Below, in pieces: positions 59,501-64,000 of a DNA stretch of 64,000 nucleotides. Each line of letters begins with the position of its first letter. Positions within the stretch are counted from its first letter, which is position 1. A program made the translations under genes and the position numbers. The notes below the pieces were generated by a model, which was given only the letters and a program-made list of their open reading frames with translations, was not told the origin of the DNA and did no database searches. Source of the DNA: Anthoceros angustus (lineage: Eukaryota; Plantae; Anthocerotophyta); assembly GCA_010909165.1 (NCBI GenBank), contig VJWM01000025.1, positions 2,852,001 to 2,916,000 of the forward strand, given 5' to 3'.

Positions 59501-60274
59501 GGATGATCTGGACTTGATTGTAACAACAATGAATGGGAACGTGTTGTGTTTTCAAACTCCCTCATCCTATCATCCTCTCAAGGTACAGTGCAGGGGTTTA
59601 GTGGAAAACCATGCTTCTGGTGCTGTTCTCTGGGGAGCCCTTTTCTAATGGTGCTCGCTTCCCACAGGCATGGCCAGGTCAAGCACAAGGAAGAAATGTG
59701 GTATCCAGTCGAAGTAATCGGCAGGGCATTTTTGTGCTAGAGTCGTCTCGCAAATTCCGGGATGAAGCAGGAGACAAGTTCTGGATTCAATTTCAGATTG
59801 TTGATGAGTACCGGCCTTCATCTGAAACGCAGGGGCCATACAAGGTTAAGGTGAGGGTGATTACGTGTTTTCGGTACAGGACTCGTCCTTTCTTTCAGTA
59901 TTCCTAGGATAATGAAATCTTGCCTCACGTTTGGTCGTTATTGGCAGGTAACGATGTTCGTTCCTGGAAACTATCAAGGTAACCGAAGTATTGTCATGGA
60001 GGAAACGTTTAAGGAGCCTGGAGTACACAAGATGCGGTTACCATGTCTGCCTCTAAGGACCGGAGCTACAGTTCTCGTGGAGATGACAGACAAGAATGGG
60101 CTGTACTTCTACGACGAGTTTTCCCTCACCTTCCACATGCGGTACTATCGGCTCCTGAAGTGGCTAGTAATTCTTCCACTAATGGGCATGGCTGCCGTGC
60201 TTATCCTTGTTAGACCCCAAGATGCTGTCGAGTCTCTGCCAACTTTCTCCGGCGACAAGAAGTACTCTCTATGA
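56588..60274 (+). CDS. DEX1: DEFECTIVE IN EXINE FORMATION 1 (FG-GAP-repeat membrane protein), multi-exon
   Basis: Signal peptide; [28 protein letters not shown]|DGKLEVV; [10 protein letters not shown]; repeated DxNxDG motifs; YRTHGRVM; C-terminal [15 protein letters not shown] and transmembrane helix. Confidence 0.95.
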
Positions 60275-60514
60275 ATGGACTAAAATTTTGTCGGGAATTT
60301 ATGTTTTTAATCCAGTGGCTCGTACCGTGGGTCCTCGTGTTTTGTCTGGTACTCCTGTCCTGCTTGTGCTCTGGGAACCGACAACTCGCTCGCGCTGCAG
60401 CCTGGTTTGCTGGCAGAAGAGCTGACTCCCCTTAACAACATTCCGTGTTCCGGTAGGCATAGATATCTACACGGGTAAAAATGAATTGCAAGTTCTTGGT
60501 TGCCTTGCTCCAGA

Positions 60515-61998
60515 TCATGCTGCGGCTGCAGGTATTTCAACCTCAATTTCCATTTCTGCTGACGACCTTGTTAACCCCCCTGTAGGGTTGGTGAATAGTC
60601 CATAGTTTCCTGATTCCTGGAGGGAACCCGACCTATCCAGCCTCTGTTCGGTTGTCAAGGCAACCGGCGTTCCACCGTTGACGGCAATTAGTCTTTTCAG
60701 GTCTTCCTTGAGTTCAGATTCTTCACACCCATCTAACTGCCCAGACTCGTCGTCCACGCCCATTTTCTCAGCAGCCTCCCTTAGCTCAAACTCCTGCATT
60801 GCCCTTCTGCCATACACTGTGACAGTGATACCAATCACAGCAGCCACCGAAAGGCCAACCGTGTTGTACACAATCTCTACTGGCGTCAGGGTTCTTTTCT
60901 GATGGTTCACGTCTGCTAGTGTCCTGAGCAACTTCCCGCTGCAAGGAGAGATGCACGGGTCAGGACTGGAGCTACTCAGCGTTCACACATCCCACCCACC
61001 CATCTATCAGCAGGAGAGGCTTGCACAGCAACTGCCAAAGAATGTTTCGCTAAAAACGCAAAGTCTGTACCTGTAAATTGTGATGAATGCTTCGGGCACC
61101 ATGCCAGTCATGGAGCCCATGATGTAAGGCCCATATCCTATAGTGGTGACTGTTATTGCGTAGTTGAAAAATGGATACGGGAATGGAGACACTCGCAAGA
61201 GTGCTACAGCCCGAAATTGATGGAACCAAGTACCCTGTTCCGCGAACTTGAGAACCGAAACTTGCTTTGGCCACCGCTTCAACCAGTTCTGTAGACAATC
61301 CAGGGGAGAAGGCCGAGTCATTAGAAGTCCTCTGAGACTCTGTACGACCAACACATACTCCAGCAGGGAACTAATCCGAGACAAGGATAAGGAAACGTGC
61401 CCGTATTCGATCATGGACCAGCTGATGTCCGATAAAAAATGGCAGGGACTGGCCGATAAAGGTGCCGACCATGATAATCAGAAAGCCGACACCATAGCCG
61501 AAAACAATCCCCGCGAGCCACATTGATGGGCCAGAAGGTATCAAGACTAGAGGGAACAACGCCAGTGAAGCTATGAGAACAAACGCCAAGACGGGCCTGC
61601 TAAACGTCCGAGCCTCCCACTCCAAGAGTGGTATTACTACCTGAAAGGGCAGAGTGACAAGCAGAGAACATCAGCCCAAAACAACTTGCCTTCACAAACA
61701 AATGAAGTCATTCGAAAGCACGGGCAGCAAGCTCGCTCACCTTCTCAAGAAGAAAAGGCCCCAAAAACACAAAAACAGCACCTATAACCGCAAACGCCAC
61801 GAAGGCCACGACCAGTATCTTCGTCCAGTACCAGACCCTCCGCCACCTTGTGTTTTCCACAGGCTGTACGAGGTCAAACTCATCCATCTCCAGGTCGTCA
61901 TGGTCTAATCTCAAGTACTCCGAATCTTCTTGCATTTCCTGCATTTCGACACCACCAGGTGCAGCAGCGTGGACATACTCATGCCTGTCCGAACCCAT
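60515..61998 (-). CDS. SNARE-associated Golgi protein (TVP38/TMEM64 family), multi-exon
   Basis: LFPLVLIPSGPSMWLAGIVFGYGVGFLII, AVALLRVSPFPYPFFNYA, GMVPEAFITIY|SG, LTPVEIVYN. Confidence 0.9.
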
Positions 61999-63439
61999 GC
62001 TCACAGTGACCGTGCCGATCCCAACAAGCACCACCTACTTCGACACCCGCCACAAGACAGAACCCTGCAACAGCCAAAGGATCCATCATCTGCCCGCACC
62101 TCAATCCACGCAAACACCACCGTGAGCCATCTACCCTTCCCCTACCAGCCTTCACTCACAACGTCAAAAACACCTGCCCACGTACCGTTCTACTGCTGTG
62201 CACCTTCAGACGGCTAACAACCCATATCTTAGCCCTTAACTTCGTCAAGAGAGGAACGAATCACTGCCCCTAGACCCCAGATACACTCTACTCATCTCCA
62301 TGCTGGATCGCAACTGGATCATTCTAACACATGCGCAACCCCTGCAAGTGTCTACCTCCAGCTTGCCTTACACCAGATCTGCACACCATCTCCTTCAATT
62401 CGCAACTCCAGCCCTCCACCCACAACACGAGGCCACTCCGTAACCCAGCTTTCACCCATCAACCCTCCGCCACACTATCGTCGTCCCTGAGCCCGCACAT
62501 GCGGAAGCTGCATCAATTCCCCTCCTCCCCCGCCTCCCTGGGTCACAAGATACCCGCCCAATTTCGAGCATTCCCGGATCTGAGGACCCCAACTCTCCCT
62601 CACCCTGCCGTGCCAACCACCAGCCAGAAGCGGCAGCGAAATTTCCTCAACCGCCCACAAAGTCTCCAGCCACTTGGCCGATCCGCAGCAGACGACAAGC
62701 GTAATTGAGGCGGCGCGGGGAGGGCCAGCCCAGCCCCAATTGCTCTTGGCTAAGTCAACCCCTGCAGTTGCTGCGTTCCAGGCGGTAGGTAGTGCGAGTG
62801 TCTGGATGGAACTAGAACCGCGCCCACCTCTGCCCTCCACACTCGATAAGACTGCAGTGAAGGGCGTTGCAATTCTGGACCCCGTTAGTGCTGCCGCATT
62901 TCGCGCCTCCCCATCAATCTGACACGGCATTCCTGCGCCCAGAGCCTGGCCCGTGCCTTCCCGCTGGCCGGCAAATTTGTCCCTATGATTTTGTGCTTTC
63001 GCCTTCTCCAAACTCGAGGAATTTTGGCTTTGGAGGCCTTCAAGCCCCGCATCATATTCACTTTAATTTGTGCAAAGCAGCACCTAAACCTAGGGCTTAA
63101 TGCGGCTTATTAGTTGCTCTATTGCTTTTTAGTATCGCACACTTCTCTATCAACACTTCAACCCCTTCAATTTGTCATTATCACTCTAAGGGGTTGCAAA
63201 TCCACTGTTTGGTATGAAGATATACCTTAGAACCTACTTGGAATGACTGGTCTTACAAGTAGACATTGAGAACACCTTAATATCATTTTCAGGGGCATCA
63301 TCTTCGAGGAGCTCAGAGGCTCTAGTAGTGTCTTGGCGAGCCTCATCTTGTTTGTTGGTTGTTTCTATAGCAGGTCCTCCAACCTCTATTAGCAGCACAA
63401 GAATTTCTCATCAAGATTTGCATGTCTCTTTTCTAAAGT

Positions 63440-64000
63440 CGGCCACGGGATCATGCGACCCTCTGGGTGGTACTCTTTCCGCCATTGCTCATTGCAACGC
63501 TGTATCCATTGTTGTCTCCTCAGCGCGCGATTGTGTCTTCCCTTCGATGGCTAACGACTCCCACATTCTTGGACCTAGTGAGAAAGTCAAGGAGGCCTTT
63601 GAGTTCTTCTCCTTTGAGCTCTCCTTGCTCGGTTTGAAGGTCAAGCTCTCCAAGTGCCATGTCTAGCCTCCATCAAGGGGCACTCCTATGTTGCAATTCC
63701 CCGCTGATAAGATTGCGTCGGCTTCGGATCTACGAATTTTGGGGGTCCCCTTTGGTAGTCTCGACTTCTCGGAAGCTTCCTTCATCAGGCTTTGGCAGAC
63801 GATGTTGAAGACCTTCCTTTGCTTGAGGATCGACATGTGGCTTTTGGCATTTTTTCCTCCTGTTTTGCTAAGCATCCAAGTTACCTCATCCGCACTCTGC
63901 CCCTCCTCCAACCTCCAGTGCTTCTAGTGCGGCTGTAGGGGTTTACCAAAATAATTATGGACACATCGGGCTTTTGAGTGCCTCTGGGGCCAAGAGGCTT
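63440..64000 (+). mobile_element. RT fragment of a third CRE-like element copy, runs off the right edge
   Basis: CDPLGGTLSAIAH…MANDSHILGPSEKVKEAFE…GLKVKLSKC…RILGVPFGS matches the RT at about 47100-47500. Confidence 0.82.

Overview
Eukaryotic, land-plant-type genomic DNA. Introns are short (about 80-130 bp) and genes are GC-rich and closely spaced; a bryophyte such as a hornwort is my inference only. Recognisable host genes: Era GTPase (runs off the left edge), PTP1 tyrosine phosphatase, DBR1, SCC3 (one intron), an intronless beta-hexosaminidase, BAC1, mitochondrial-type rpl33 (missed by the ORF track), DEX1 and a TVP38/TMEM64 protein. Two transposon islands (about 4.5-35.7 kb and 45-53 kb) interrupt this block. 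They hold Ty3- and copia-type LTR relics, a complete non-autonomous CACTA element with an ATA target-site duplication, a MULE/SWIM transposase relic split by a CRE-like non-LTR retrotransposon with a restriction-like endonuclease, and two further fragments of that family. The most unusual feature is a pair of intact, intronless, AT-rich paralogous genes encoding triple RING-H2 proteins inside otherwise decayed transposon DNA. One lies next to a Helitron-like 3' terminus and behind a 35-bp repeat array that abuts its ATG; the other lies next to a scrambled copy of the local PTP1 gene. Two 2.2-2.4 kb tandem duplications with 9-bp junction microhomology and three single-G frameshifts in the hexosaminidase suggest partly unpolished long-read sequence, so some degeneracy may be artefactual. 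No tRNA, rRNA or CRISPR array was recognised.
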